From Lama guanicoe (Eukaryota), in the NCBI GenBank assembly GCA_013239625.1, contig MU054001.1, forward strand, positions 5,505,078 through 5,569,077: 64,000 bases of DNA, read 5' to 3'. Positions 12,701-27,569 of the stretch are shown here, in pieces (the stretch's first letter is position 1; the number at the start of each line of letters is the position of its first letter). A model generated the notes under the pieces. It was given only the letters and a program-made list of their open reading frames with translations, did not search any database and was not told where the DNA came from. The translations under genes were made by a program, and so were the position numbers.

Positions 12701-15700
12701 TTAAGTTCATTTGATAATAAGGCTTCAAAATATATGAAACAATAACTCACAGAATTAAAAAACAAAATAGAATAATCCACAATTACAGTTGGATATTTCA
12801 ACTCTTCTCTCAATAATTATTAGAACAGTAGACAGTAAATCAATAGGGCTACAGAACACTTAGTACTTCCAATCAACTTGACATCATCGACATTTATAGA
12901 CTACTCCATCCAGCAACTGAGGAATACGCATTTTTTTCAAGGGCATGTGGAACTTTCAAAAAGATAAGCTATATACTAGACTGTAAAACAAATCCCAGTA
13001 AATTTAAATCGATTAAAATTATAAAAACTATGTTCTCTAACCATAAAGGAATTATATCAGAAATCAAAAACAATAAGATATGGGGAAAATCCCCCAAATA
13101 TTTGAAAATTAAATGACACATTTCTAAGTAACATATGAGTAAAAAAAGAAACCCAACAGTAATAAGAAAATTTTGAGCCTAATGAAAATGAAACTATAAC
13201 ATATGAAAATGTGGGGTGTACAGCTAAAACAGTACTTAGAAGGAAATTGATAGCTTCAAATGCTTTAAAATTAATGATCTAAGATTACACCTTTAGAATC
13301 TAGAGCTCCACTTATTTGCTATGGAACTTAAAAGACAAATGCATCAAAAAAGTTATAAACCAATGTGATGGGTAGACAATATATAAAGATGTAATTTTTG
13401 ACATCAATAATATAAAGTAGGGGGCAGAACTGTAAAAGAGTAGAGTCTTTGTATGCAATTGAAATTAAGTTGATACCAACTTAAAATAGATTGTTATAAA
13501 TTTAGGATATTATTATTTAATACCCATAGTAATCCAAAGAAAATATCTATAGAACATACACAAAGGAAATTAAAAGAGAATTGAAAGTGACATTACAAAA
13601 AAAATAAACACAAAAGAAGGCAGTAACCGAAGATATAAGAGATGAAAAGTTATAAGATAGACAGTGTAACAAAATGGCAAGAGTAAGTTGTTCCCCATCA
13701 GCAATTACTTTAAACGTAGATGAATTAAACTCGTCAGTCAAAAGGAATAGATTGGCAGAAAGGATTGAGGAGGAAAAAGAATGATCCAACTATACGCTGT
13801 CTACAAGAGACTTTATACCTAAGGAACACAAAGGTTGAAAGTAAAAAGAAACAGATAATCCATACAAATAATAACTAAAAGAGAGAAGGGGTGGCCATAC
13901 TAATATCAGACAAAATAGACTTTAAATCAAAAACTGTTACAAGAGTCAAAGAAGGGCATTATATATTGATAAAAGGGTCAAATTTCCAAGAAGATACAAC
14001 AATTACCAAATATTAGAGCTTAAAAATTTATGAAGCAAACATTAATGGAATTGAAGAGGAAAACAGACAATTCTACAATGATAGCAAGAAATTCAATACC
14101 CCCCATTTCCAATAATGGATATAACAACCAACAAAATGAGTAAAGAAATAGAGGACTTAATGCTATAAACCAATTGGACCCAACAGACAGAATACTTCAC
14201 CCAATAACAGCACAATACACATTTTTCTCACGTGTACATGGAACATTCTCCAGAGTAGACCATACATTATGCCCAAAAATTCAATTTTTTAAAATTGAAA
14301 TAATACCAAATATCTTTACTGATCACAATGGAATGAATCTAGAAATTAATAACAAAAGGAAAGCTGGAAAGTTCACAAATATACGGAAACAACACATTCT
14401 TAAACAACCAATAATCTAAAGAGGAAAGCAAAAGACAAATTAGAAAATATCTTGACACAAATGAAAATGAAAACACAATATACCAAAACACAGGATGCAG
14501 TGAAAGCAGTGCTAAGGGAAATGTTTATAGCTGTAAAAAGAGAAAAAAAATCTCAAATCAACAATTTAACATTATACCTTGAGGAACTTAAAACAAAACA
14601 AAATAAAAAAAGAACAAAGAATAAATTAAACCCAAAACTAGCAGAAGAAAGAAAATAATAAAGATTAGTGCAGAGATAAATAAAACAGGGAACAGAAAAA
14701 CAACAGAGAAATCAATGATACCAATAGTTGATTCTTCAAAAATATCAACAAAATTGACAAATCTTTAGCTAGATGAAAGAGAAACAAAGAGAGAGGGTTC
14801 AAATTACTAAAATCATAAGTTAAAAATGGGAGCATTACTATCAATTCTACAGAAATAAAAAGGACTACAAATGAGTAGCATGAACAATTTTATACCAAAA
14901 AAATTGGATAACCTAAATGTAACGGACAAATTCCTAGAAACACACACCCTCCCAAAACTGAATCATACAGAAACAGAGATGCTGAACAGACCTAAACCTA
15001 CTAAAAACATTGAATCTGTAATTTAGAACTTCTCAACAAGGAAAACGCCCAGGCCAAGTGGCTTCATTGGTGAATCCTATGAAACATTTAAAGAAGAACA
15101 CCAATCCTTCTCAAATTCTTCCAAAAAACTGAAGAGAAGGGAACACTTCCCCATTCATTCTACAAGGCCAGCATTACCATGGTACAAAAGCCAGACAAAG
15201 CCACTATAAGAAAAATGCAGATCAATATCTCTTTTAAATATTGATATAAAAATCCTCAATAAAATACTAGCAAACCAAATTCATCAATATATTAAAATCA
15301 TTACAAAACATGACTAAATGGGATTTACTCTTGGAATGCATATGAACATATGAAGCTCAACATATGAAAAACAACATGATATACCACATTAAGAGGATTA
15401 AGTAAAAAAAAATTACATGATTATCTCAATAGAGACTTTTGATAAAGCATTTGACAAATTCAATACTCTTTCATGATTTAAAAAATAAAATAAAATTCAG
15501 CAAACTCGGGACAGAAGGAAACTACCTCAACATCACAAAGGTCATATATGAAAAACTACAGCCAACATGATATTCAATGATTAAAGATGGAAGCTTTACC
15601 TCTAAGATCAGAAACAAGGTCCCCACTTCCATCACTTCTATTCAGCATTCGTATTGGAAATTCTGGCCAGAGCAATCATGTACGGAAAGAAATAAAAGAC

Positions 15701-18700
15701 ATCCAAGTTATCCAAATTAGAAAGGAAGAAGTAAAACTATCTTTGTTCACAGATGACATAGCCATATACATGGGAAACCCTAATTATTACACACACACAC
15801 ACCTGTTTAAACTTACATAAAAATTCAGCAAAGTTGCAGGATAGAAAGTCAATATACAAAATCAGTTGCATTTCTATCTGCTAACAATGGACACTATGAA
15901 AAGAAAATTAAGAAAACAATCCCATTTACAATAGCACCAAAAAGAATCAAATACTTAGGAATCAACTTAACCAGGAAGATGAAAGACTTGTACACTGAAA
16001 ACTAAAAAAACACTACCGAAAGAAATTAAAGAACATACAAATAAATAAAATGCATGTTCATTGACTGGAAAATTTAATATTGTTAAAATGTCCATACTAC
16101 CCAAAGCAAACTACAGATTCAATGCAATTCTTATTCCAGTGGTATTTTTCACAGAACAAAAAATCCTAAAAGTCATATGGAACCACAAAAGACCCTGAAT
16201 AGCCAACGTAATCTGGAGAAAGAAAAAGCTGTAGGTATCACACTCCTGGTATCATACATATTACAAAGTAATACTAATCAAAACAGTATGGTACTGGCAT
16301 AAAATAAAAAGACACATAAGTCAATGGAACAGAATAGAGAGCCCAGAAATAAACCCACATTTATATAGTCAACTAATTTATGACAAAGGAGCTAGGAATA
16401 AACAATGAGGAAAGAATAGTCTCTTCAATAAATGGTGTCGGGAAAACTGGACAGCCACATGCAAAAGAATGAAATTGGACCCCTACATTTACACTGTACA
16501 CAAAAATTAACTCAAAAGGATTTAAAGTCTTAAATAAAACTCTTGAAGAAAATTTAGGTGGTAAGCTCCTTGACATCAGCCTTGACAATGAGTTTTTCAA
16601 TTTGACAACAAAAGCACATCCAACAATAGCAAAAATAAACAAGTGGGACTATATCAAATTAAAAAGCTTCTGCACAGCAAATAAAACCATCCACAAAATG
16701 AAAAGGCAATCTACTGAATGGGAGAAAATATTTACAAATCACCTGTGTGATAAGGAGTTAATACCCAAATATAAATAACTCACACAACTCAATAGCAAAA
16801 AAAAAATCATATTTAAAAAATGCACAGAAAAATCAAGTAGACACTGTTCCAAAAAAGACACCCAAATGGCCAACAAGGACATGAAAAGGTGCTCAATAAT
16901 ACTAATCATCAGGGAAATGAAAATCAAAACCACAATGATGTATCACCTCACACTTGTTAGGACAGTTATTATCAAAAAGACAAGAGATAACAAGTGTTGG
17001 TGAGGGTGTGGAGAAAAGAGAACCCTTGTACACTTATTGGTGAGAATGTAAATTGCTTCAGCCACTATGGAAAATGGTATGGAGGTTCCTTACAAAATTA
17101 AAAGTAGAACTACCATATGATCCAGCAATCCTACTTCTAGGTATATATCTAAAGGAAATGAAATCATTAACTCAAAAAGACACCATACACCCATATTCAG
17201 TGCAGCATTATCTGCAATAGCTAAGACATGGAAACAACCTAAGTGTCCATCAACTGATGAATGAATAAAGAAAATGTGTATATACATATATATAATTGAA
17301 TATTATTCAGCTGTAGAAAAGAAGAAATTCTGCCATTTGCAACAATGTAGATGGATCTTTAGGGCATTATGCAAGGTGAAATAGAGAAAGACAAATACTG
17401 TATGATCTTACTTATATGTGGAATCTGGGGGTAAAAAAAGAAACTATTTGATACAAAAAACATATTGATGGCTGCCAGAGGCAGACTTTGAGGAAAATGG
17501 ATTAAGGTAGTCAAAAACTTCCAGTTAGAAGACAAATAATTTCTGGGAATGTAATGTACATCATGGTGACTGTAATTCACAATACTGTATTGTATTTTTG
17601 AAAGCTGTTATGAGAGTAAATCTTAAAGTTCTCATCACTAAAAAAAAATTGTAACTATTTGAGATGTTGGATATTTACTAAACTTATAATGGGAGTCATT
17701 TTGCAATATACACATATATCAAATCATCATTTTATACACCTCGGACTAATACAATGTTGTATGTTAATTATATCTCAGTAAGTCAAGAAGAAAAATAGGA
17801 ATAAAAATGAAATATAAAATGGTCAATTAAAATTACAAAAGGCAAAAAAAGAGCGGAAAGCAAAAACAGAAACAAAAAAAGAAGGCAACAAATAGAAAAC
17901 AGTAACAAAATTGGTAGATATTAATCCAACTATATCAAAATCACTTTGAACATCCATGGTCTAAATGAACAAATCTGAAAGACACAGATTGCCAGAGTGG
18001 ATCAAAAAACAAGATCCAACTATATGTTATCTATAAGAAACCCACTTTAAATATAAATATGCATACAGATGAAAAGTAAATGGATGGATAAAAATACACC
18101 ATGCTAACACTAACCAAAAGAGAGTGGTAGTTGCTATATTAATCTCATACACAGAAGACTTCAGAGCAAGGAAAGTTATATGAGACAAAGAAAGGAGTTA
18201 CACAATGATAAAGGGGTTAATTTTCCAAGAAAGTTTAGAGTGTATGGACCTAACAATAAAGAGCCAAACTACATGAGGCAAAAACTGGCAGAACTACAAG
18301 GAGAAATAGATTAGCCCATTACCATAGCTGGAGACTTCAACACCTCTCTCAGGAATGGACAGATCCTACAGGCAGAAAACCAGTAAGGATACAGTTGATC
18401 TCAACAACATTATCTATCAACTGATGCAATTTACATCTATAAAATAGTTCATCCAACAGCAGCAAAATATACATTTTTCTTAAGCTCACATGAAACATTC
18501 ACCAAGATAGACCACATTCAGGGCCATAAAACATATCTTGACAAATTTAAAAAAATACAAATCATACAATCACTGTTCTCAGACCACAATAAAACTAAAC
18601 TAGAAATCTGTAACAGAAAGATAACTGGAAAATCTCAAATACATGGAGATTAAACAGAACACTTGTAAAATAATGCATGGGGCAATTAGACTCAAGAGAA

Positions 18701-19735
18701 AATTTTAAATATGTTGAACAAAATGAAAAAGAAAATATGCCTTTCAAAATGTATGGGATTCAGCAAAAGCAGTGCTTAAAGGAAAATGTATAGCATTAAA
18801 TGCATACATTAGAAAAGAAGATCCAAAATGAATAATCTAAGTTTCAGCCTTGGGAAAATTAAATCAAAAGTAAGCATAAGGAAAGAAATAATAACACAAA
18901 GCAATCTACAGCTTTAGTACTATCCCTATTAAAATTCTTATGGCATTTTTTCAGATATAGAAAAAACAACCCTAAAATTCATATGGAACTACAAAAGACC
19001 CTGAATAGCCAAAGCAATCTAGAGAAAGAAGAACAAAGCTGGAGGCATCACACTTCCTGGTTTCAAACTATATTTACAAAGCTATACTAATCAAAATAGT
19101 AGGGTCCTGGCAAAAAAGCAGACACATAGATCAATGGAATAGAATAGGGAGCCCAGAAATAAGGCCATGCATATACGATCAACCTGTCTTTGAGAAGGAT
19201 GCCAAGAATGCACAATAGGGAATGGATAGTCTATTCAAAAAATTCAATAGATGGTGTTGAGAATTCAACTAGACATCCACACACAAACGAATGAAATTGG
19301 ACCCTTATATTATACCACACACAAAAATTAACTTAGAATGGCTTAAAGACTGAAGTATAAGGCCTGAAACCATAAAACCCCTAGGAGAAACGCAGGGGAA
19401 AATCCCCTTATTGATATTGGTCTTGGCAACGATTTCTTACATATGACATCAAAAGCACAGCCAACAAAAGCAAAAATAAGCAAGTGGGACTACATCAAAC
19501 TAAAAAGCTTCTGTAAGCCAAAGAAACAATCAACAAAATAAAAAGGCAACCTCGTGCCATTCACAAAAACTAACTTGAAATGGATCATAGACCTATATTT
19601 AAAAGTTAGCTCTAAAAGAAAACAGATGATTTTGAAGTAAGTAGGCAAAAATGTTTTTCAATAGGATACAAAAAGCACAAATTTAAAAGAAACAATTTGA
19701 TAAAATGGGCTTCATCAAAATTAAAAACTGCTCCA
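9760..19735 (+). mobile_element. ~10-kb stack of nested, co-oriented old L1 (L1M-type) fragments
   Basis: A-rich + strand. Degenerate 5'/ORF1 sequence at 9760-11930 and three separate ORF2 endonuclease starts (about 12370, 13675, 17910). RT and C-terminal remnants lie at 15000-17350, with an L1MA-type 3' end at about 17790. All frames are disrupted. Confidence 0.9.
11063..11566 (+). mobile_element. L1 3'-end fragment nested in the ORF1 region of an older L1
   Basis: L1 3'UTR sequence flanked by an imperfect 16-bp TSD: aaatttacaaatttga (11047-11062) and aaaattataaatttga (11567-11582). Confidence 0.75.
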
Positions 19736-20939
19736 GGATTATGTAAAAACTCCTTAGATGTGCCTTCACTTCCTATACGTCGAGCCCTTTTGGATTACTT
19801 GAGGTTAATCCATCCAGAAAGCCTAAGTCTCAGCCCTGGATATTTGAGGTGAAATTTGAGGTAGACACATGCACCTTAGTAGACGGCAATAAATTTTAAG
19901 GACATTTATAATGCATCGCAAAAACTATTTAATGGGTTACTTTGAAAAGAATGAAGAATCCTTTTAGAATTTGTATAGTTATCTATGCTTACATTTATTG
20001 CCCTTACAGTTGAATTTGTCTCCTGGTGAGTCTTTGAGGTCTTTCCCACATCTGTCAGCTGGAAAGAGGGAAGTGGAGAGGAGGTGGGGCAGGAAAAGAC
20101 CCCCAGAAGAAAGATGGGAAGAAGAGAGGGGACAGAGGATGGGAGGAGGGACCGAATGGTTGCAATGAGACCCTTCCAGACATCACCTGACAGGCCAGCA
20201 GAGGATCCAATAGAGGTAAGAAGGTAAAGATGAAAATCAGGGTTTTCAAAGGCCAGGACCCTAGGCACATGGCCAAGAGGTGGGGTTCTCCCAGCCTCCT
20301 GCCCATAGAGGATAAGCACACTTACCTTGGGCTAGGAACAGAGATCCACGAGGGACCCTTCTCAGGCACGAATCAGAACTCCTTGTGGACCCTGAGAATG
20401 GGAACCGTCTGCCTTCCTCCCACAGTGATGGGCAAGCAGGGCTCTGAAAGTCACTAATATTTTGCAAATTCTTGGACATTAAAACAGACAAGATCCCTGC
20501 CCACGGAGACAGTCAAGTAGGAAAGACAGATACATAAGCCCACCAAGGTAAGATTACAAACCAGCATAAGTGCTACAGAGAAAAAGAAGAGGGTGTTTCT
20601 ATTTAGATTCACAGTGGCAGATATTGCAAAGGTAGGGCCCCAGCAGGGACACAAGCCTACCTTGCTCACCCAGGATTTAGCTCTGGCCCCTCTCCTTCGG
20701 CAGCCTCCTCAGCTGAGATGTCAGGGCCAAGGCACTTCCTGGCTGGCATGACTGACTGGGAGCAAGTCAGGGGGACAGATGGATCCCTCCCATGCAGTGT
20801 GGTGAAACACTCACAGCAAAGGGGACTGGGTCAGAGGAAGACTGGGGACGAGAACATGTTATGTGAACAAATAAATAGCCTTCCTGCTTCTCATCACCAA
20901 AAGAAAATGCAAAAATAAAAGCTTCAAAATCCACTTAGC

Positions 20940-22155
20940 AAAAAAAAAACTTAACTCCTGCTCTTCCAACGATATCATAAAGAAAATGAAAGAGCAAGCT
21001 ACAGAGTGAGAGAAAATATTCATAATACCTGTATTTGCAAAAGGTTTGGCATCCAGATAAATTTAAAAAATAAAAAAACTCACAATTCAATAATAAGACA
21101 GTACCCAATTAAAAATGAGCAAAATATGTGAGTAGACACTTTACAAAGGAAGACTTATATAAATGGTCCAAAAGTATATGAAAAGATACTCAACATCATT
21201 AGCCATCAACAAAGTCCAAATTAAAATCAAAATGAAGAGATACCACCACACACCCTATAGAATAGCTAACATTAAAAAGACTGACATCGTCAAGCATCAG
21301 TATGGGCGTGGAGCAACCAGCGTTCTCATTGTTAGTGGGAATGTAAAAAGGCAAAGTTACTCTGAGAAGTAGTTTGGCACTTTCCTTAAAGATGACCCAT
21401 TATAATGTGACTCAGCAATCCCACTCCTAGGTATCTCCCTGAGAGAAATGGAAGCATACAGCCACAAGAAATCTTAAACAAGGATTGTTCATGGCAGTGT
21501 CACTCATATTAGCCAAAACTGGAAACAACCCAAATGCTCACCAGCAGGTAAACGAAACTCTAATTCAAAAAAATACATGCACTCCAAGGTTCATAGCAGC
21601 ACTATTGACAATAGCCAAGACATGGAAGCAACCTAAATGTCCATCTACAGATGACTGGATAAAGATGTGGTATGTTTATACAATGGACTACTACTTGGCC
21701 ATAAAAAAGATGAAATATTGCCATTTGCAGCAACATGGATAGATCCAGAGATTATCATAGTAAGTGAAGTAAGTCAGAAAGAGAGAGACAAATAATGAGA
21801 AAGACAAATGATTTCACTTATATGTAGAATCAAAATAAAAATAGTATAAATGAGCTTATTTACAAAACAGAAACAGACTCACAGACATAGAAAACAAACT
21901 TATGGTTACCAGAGACAAAAGAAGGGAAAGGGATAAAGTGGCAGTATGAGATTAACAGATGCACACTACTATATATAAAACAGACAAACAACAAGGACCT
22001 ACTGTATAGCACAGGGAACTACATTCAATATCTTGGAATAACCTATGATGGAAAAAAATCTGAAAAAGAATATGCACGTATAACTGAATCACTCTGCCAT
22101 ACACTTAAAACTAGCACAGCATTGTAAATCAACTATACTTCAATTTTTTTAAAAA
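20940..22155 (+). mobile_element. Old L1 ORF2 3' fragment followed by a younger L1 3' end (from about 21555)
   Basis: ORF 21485-21742 contains [18 protein letters not shown]. The 3'UTR ends in gtaaatcaactatacttcaat plus A/T tail. Confidence 0.85.
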
Positions 22156-22939
22156 GCATAGGTCTAAAAATAATCTAAAATTTGGGGATCTACACCAGAA
22201 GGGCCTCCTTCTCTTGCTACAGAGGAAATACATCAAAACTGTTAGAACTGTTTGCTCTGGAGTTCCCTCCCAGCTCCAGCCTTCACCTCCCAGGGACTCA
22301 GCAAATCCCTTCATCTCTCTCCATCTCTGCTTTCCCAGCGCCCCAGCATGGGGGTAACAATAGTATCTACTTCATACTCTTGTTGTGAGTATTAGATAAA
22401 CTAAAAACTGAGGAGGGCTTGGCACAGTGTCTAACGTATAAGAATGGCTCAATAAGATGTAGCTATCGCTGCTCTGTTATCACAGACCGAAGTCAGTCCT
22501 TATCCCCACCAGCAGCGTTCTGAGCGGTAATGCCAGGCTCTGGCCACAGGGTGGCACTCTTGTCTCTGGCCTCCCTCCCTTCCTGCCTCACTAAAGCTAC
22601 ATTGCTCAAAATGCCAAGTTGGGCAAGGATGAAAGGCAGACTCAGAAATAGATAAAAAGTCTGGGTGCTTTAGCCAAAACGTGTGCCCTGTCACGTCAAA
22701 AATTCAGAAACTAAAACAAAAAGAAAAGAAAAGGAAAAAATGAAATTCAGAAACTGCTTCATTCTTTCATCTCTGTGGGCTCATAGCTGGGTCCCCAAGC
22801 CTGGCTGGTCCCCCAGCTTCAGAAGAGGCTGAAGGAGCTGATAAAACTAGGTTGGCAGGCCCCACCCCACACACCGTGCTGGTGGCTCGGGAGTTGAGCC
22901 TGGAGGTCTGTTGGAGAAGGGTGAAAGTCACTGCCAGTG

Positions 22940-23105
22940 AGCCGAGTTCTCTCGAACTTTAAGGTACATGCAAAACACATGGAGATCTTGCTAAAATGCA
23001 GGTTCCGATTCAGCTAGTCTGGGGAGGGGCCTGGGGTTCTGCATTTCTAACAAGCTCCCAAGTGATGCCCATGCTGCTGGTCCATCATACCTTGAGTACC
23101 AAGAG
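22940..23105. mobile_element. MER5-type hAT MITE
   Basis: aaaatgcaggttccgattcag...ctgcatttctaacaagctcccaagtgatgcccatgctgctggtcc. Confidence 0.7.
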
Positions 23106-23414
23106 CCTCAAGACCTGGCCCATTGCCTGGCAAACAGAAGCAGCAATGCTCTCTGAGTGCTTACTATCTGTAAGCTCCTTATGTGTACGAATTCACTGAG
23201 CCCTCACCATAGCCCAAGCAATCAGTACTGTTGTCCGTTTTTTATGGACGAGAAACAAAAACATTAACATAACAGCTAATCCATAGAAGAGCCAGGGCTC
23301 ACAATACACTTTTGTTAAAGCGAATGTTAAAGTCAACAGGATCCAGCTTTCCTCCCTCACTTTCCAGCACAAAGAGGAAGGCCCACAAAGAGACAGCAGA
23401 GCAAAGAAGTGAAG

Positions 23415-23625
23415 ATGGCAGATTCTGGAGCCAAACTGCCTAGACTCACAATCTCAGCTCTGCCGCATAGGAGCTGTGTGGCTTTGTCAGGTTGCCTGAC
23501 CTCTCTGTGCCTCATTTTCTTCATCTCAAGACTGAGAATAGCAATAGCACTTACTGCAGGGAGTTGTTACAAGGATTAAGTGAGGTAATTGAATAAGGTA
23601 CTTAGCAGGCACCTAGCACGGGATC
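23415..23625 (+). mobile_element. MIR SINE
   Basis: ctggagccaaactgcct...cctctctgtgcctcattttcttcatct...aggattaagtgag. Confidence 0.75.
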
Positions 23626-24339
23626 AGTGCCCAGGCACTGCCTGCACCCAGGGCATACTTCCAAGGCTGTGAGAACTGTAGGAACAACAAAGTCTCCACT
23701 TTGGGCTTTAAGGAACTCATAGTTTAATGAGGGACAGTGGGAGAAAGTGCTGATGGAGGGGCCAACAGAGCCCACGAGGAGTGACCACCGCCATGCAGCA
23801 CAGCAAGAAGCAGTATTCAGCACCACAGCCTGCAATTTACATTAATCCATTTGTACGTGTCCTCTTCCCCAAAGAAGTATAATACCTTGAGTGACTCCAT
23901 CCACCACCCCATCCAACAAGGCCAGAGAGGGCATGAGATGGGAGCTGGGGCTCTGCTGGGCCCTCTGTGCCAAAAGGCTCTCATGACGTGAGCTGACCAC
24001 AGCGTGAGTGACTGCAATGTGTAAAGACACTTGATTGAGACCTAAGGCTCCTAAATGCACACCAGCTACTCCATATGGCATATGACCCCTTCCGGCACTG
24101 GGGTGGGGAACAGTGTGGAATTTACTGAAGGAGAGCGGTGTCTCGAATGTGTGCCTGTCCATATTCAAGGGTGAGTCTAAACAATACATTTTACTTTGTG
24201 GTCACAATTCATTTGAGTGGGCTCCTTTGGCTGTTAGTTCTTCCAGAGAAACAATCTTAACGCCCAACAGCAGGGGGCTGGAGAGAGAAACTACGCTCTC
24301 TATACAATGAGCTACTCTAGCCACTAACAAAAGAACTAA

Positions 24340-24443
24340 GGTGCAGCATTATTAAACAATAGCCAAGACGTGGAAATAACTTAAATATCCATGGGTGGAT
24401 AAATGGATAAAGGAGCTGTGGTGTGAATATATATATACACACA

Positions 24444-24485
<42 letters not shown>

Positions 24486-24975
24486 ATGGAATACTATTCA
24501 ATTATTTAAAAAAAAAAAAGAAATCCTGCCATTTGCGACAACGTGGATGGACCTTGAGGGTATTATGCTAATGAAATAAGTCAAAGACAAATAAAAAAAC
24601 AACAAACAAAAACTACACCCATAGATACAGAGCAGGGGTGGGAGGGTGGAAAATACGGGTGAAGAGTGTCAAAAGGTACAAACTTCCAGTTATAAAATAG
24701 ATAAGTCATAGGACTATAATGTACAGCATGATAACTCTAGTTAATAATACTGTACTGAATATTTGAAAGTTGCTAAGACAGTAGATAATAAAAGTCCCTA
24801 TCACAGAAAAAAAAGTAAAACATTTCTGTAACTATGTAAGGTGACAGATGTTAACTAGACTTACAGGAGTGATCATGTCTCAGTGTTTCCAGATATGGAA
24901 TCATTATGTTGTACACTTGAAACTCCCATAATGGTATATGTCAATTATACCTTAATTTTTAAATTTTAATTAATT
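24340..24975 (+). mobile_element. L1MA-type 3' end
   Basis: acaatagccaagacgtggaa...ctgccatttgcgacaacgtggatggaccttgaggg...tgtcaattatacct. Confidence 0.8.
24427..24482 (+). repeat. Compound (AT)n(AC)n microsatellite
   Basis: Direct reading of the sequence. Confidence 0.95.
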
Positions 24976-25059
24976 TTTAAAAGGAATGAGGGGCTCTCAA
25001 TGTTCTGATATAGAAATATCTCCAAGATACAGTGTCTCATGACAATAAAAAGATGCAGA

Positions 25060-26920
25060 CACAGCTCCAGTCAAGATGGTGGAGAGGTATGACCACAAGC
25101 ATGCCTCTCCTCGCGACTACAATGAAACCACAAGTGACTGCTAAACAACCATCAAAAAAAGACTGGAACCTAGCAAAAAGGACCTTTTGCACCTGGAAAC
25201 ATAAACAGGAAAGAAACCACAGCAGGACGTTAGTAGGGGCTTGCTTGCAATATAATCGGGCCCCATACCTGTGGGGTGGGCAACCCACAAGCTGAAGATT
25301 TGTTAAGTCGCAAAGTTCCTCCCACAGGAGTGAGAGATCTAAGCCCCATGCCAGGCTCCCCAGCACAGGTCCCGGCATCTTGTTTTGAAAGCCAGGGGTC
25401 TTGGTTCCGGGAGCCTCACGGGACTCAGGGAAACGGAGACTCCATTCGCTTGAGAAGCATACTTGGAAACTCACATGCACCAGGTCCAAGAGCAGAGGCA
25501 GTGATTTTGTAAAAACCTGGGCCAGGCCTGCCTGCTGGATTTGGAGGTTCTCCCGGGGACGTAGGGGACGACTGCAGCTCACTCAGGGGACATAAAAGCT
25601 GCTGGTGGACATTCTGGAAGTGTTAATCTACATGAGTTTTCCTGGAGGCTGACATCTTGACTGGATCATTAGCACCAAGACCTAGCCCCACCCAACATCC
25701 CACAGGGAAGCCTCAGGCCAAACAACATACAGGGTGGGAACACAGCCACACCCATCAGCAGACTTCCTAAGCCACAAAGGCCTTTAGACACAGCCCTACC
25801 CACCAGAGGTCCAGGACCAAGCATCACCCAGCAGTGGGCAGGCACCAGCCCCTCCTGCCAGGAAACCTTCATAAGCCTCTAGTCCAGCCCCATCCACCAG
25901 GGGCAGATACTAGAAATAAGAAAACAGTAATCCCAAAGCCTGTGGAAAGAATCCACAAACACATAGAAAGATAGAAGATATGAGGCAGCAAAGGAATATC
26001 TTCCAGGCCAAGGCACAAGATAAAATCCCAGAAGAAGAAATAGGTGATGAGGAGAAAGGCAATTTATCTGAGAAAGAGTTTAAAGTAATGATGGCCAAGA
26101 TGTTCAGAGAACTCAAGAGGAGTATAGATGCACAGAGTGAAATTTTTAGCAAAGAGTTGGAAAATATAAAGAATACCCAAACAGAGTTGAAGAATAAAAT
26201 CAGTGAAATTAACAATACGCTAGAAGGAACCAAGAATAGGCAGAAGTGAGGCAGAAGAACAGATCAGTGAGCTAGAAGATAGATTAGTGGAAATCACTAC
26301 TTCTGAACAGAAAAAAGGAATGAGGATAGTTTAAGAGAACTCTGGGATAACATGAAGCGCTCTAATATTCACATTATAGGGGTCCCAGAAAGAGAAGAGA
26401 GAGAAAAAGGACCTGAGAAAATTTTTGGAGAGATAATAACCAAAAAATTCCCCAACTTGGGAAAGGAAATAGTTACCCAAGTCCTGGAAGTGCAGACAGT
26501 ACCACACAGAATCAACCCAAAGAGCAACACACCAAGGCACATAGACATCAAGTTGACAACAATTAAAGATAAGAAGGAAATATTAAAATTAGCAAGTGAA
26601 AACCAACAAATAACATACAAGGGAGCTCCCATAAGGTTATCAGCTGATTTTTCAGCAGAAATTCTACAGGCCAGAGGGATTGGCACAATATATTTAAAGT
26701 GATGCAAGGGGGAAACTTACAACCAAGAACACTCTATCCAGCAAGGCTCTTGTTCAGACTTGATGGAGAAATCAAAAGCTTCACAGATAAACAAAAGCTA
26801 AAAGATCTCAGCACCACCAAACCAGCTTTACAATAAATGTTAAAGGACCTTCTCTAGTCACCAAACCATAAGGAAAGAGAACAAAAAGAAGAAAGAGAAG
26901 GGAAAAAAGGGACCTATAAA
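25060..26920 (+). mobile_element. L1 5'UTR + disrupted ORF1
   Basis: Starts with CAAGATGG (YY1-type L1 5' motif). ORFs 25980-26249 and 26352-26702 encode L1 ORF1p pieces (MRQQRNIFQ..., KRSNIHIIGVPE..., IRLSADFS). Confidence 0.9.
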
Positions 26921-27440
26921 AGATTGCTTTGGCTCTTCAGGGTCTTTTGTGGTCCCTTATAATTTTTGGAATTGTTTGTTCTAGTTCTGTGAGGAATGTT
27001 GTGAGTATTTTGATGGGGGTTGCGTTGGATCTGTGAATTGCTTTGGGTAGTGTGGCAATTTTGATAGTGTTGATTCTTCCAATCCAAGAGCACAAGAAAT
27101 CTTTCCATTTCTTTGTGTTATTTTGGTTTTCAGAGTATAGGTAACCTCCTTGGTTAAGTTTATTTCTCAGAATTTTGTTGCTTTTGATGTAATGGAAATG
27201 TCTCTGCCAGTTATAAAATCTGGTTTTTGAAGTGAAAAAAAAAAGTGAATGAAGGGCTGCAAATGGCAAAATATCCTTCTTTTTTATGGGTGGGTTATAT
27301 TCCATTACATATAAATATGTTGCATTTCCATTATCTATTCAACTATTGATGTGCACTTAGGATGCTTCCATATCTTGGCAATCATAATTAATGTGTTGCT
27401 GTTAATAGCAGGGTATATGTATCTTTTTGAGTTAATTCTT
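26921..27440 (-). mobile_element. Two inverted L1 ORF2 fragments
   Basis: The minus-strand translation includes [29 protein letters not shown] (26921-27195) and IAKIWKHPKC (27256-27440). Confidence 0.8.
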
Positions 27441-27569
27441 ATTTTGTGGTTAGCTTTATACCTTTGAGAATTATATAAGTTTAAAAAAACTAAAGCTCTA
27501 AACGTTCTTAGAAACAATGAACAGTACATAGATGTAAATTAAAGAATACATGTGCAGTAAAAAAAAAAG

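Noticed and set aside
12370..17350. Functional L1 ORF2 / active retrotransposon
   Set aside because: Many stops and frameshifts. No long ORF survives anywhere in the L1 sequence of this window.
19735..20010. Possible processed pseudogene or numt after the L1 block
   Set aside because: I could not recognise a coding or RNA match on either strand. It needs a BLAST search.
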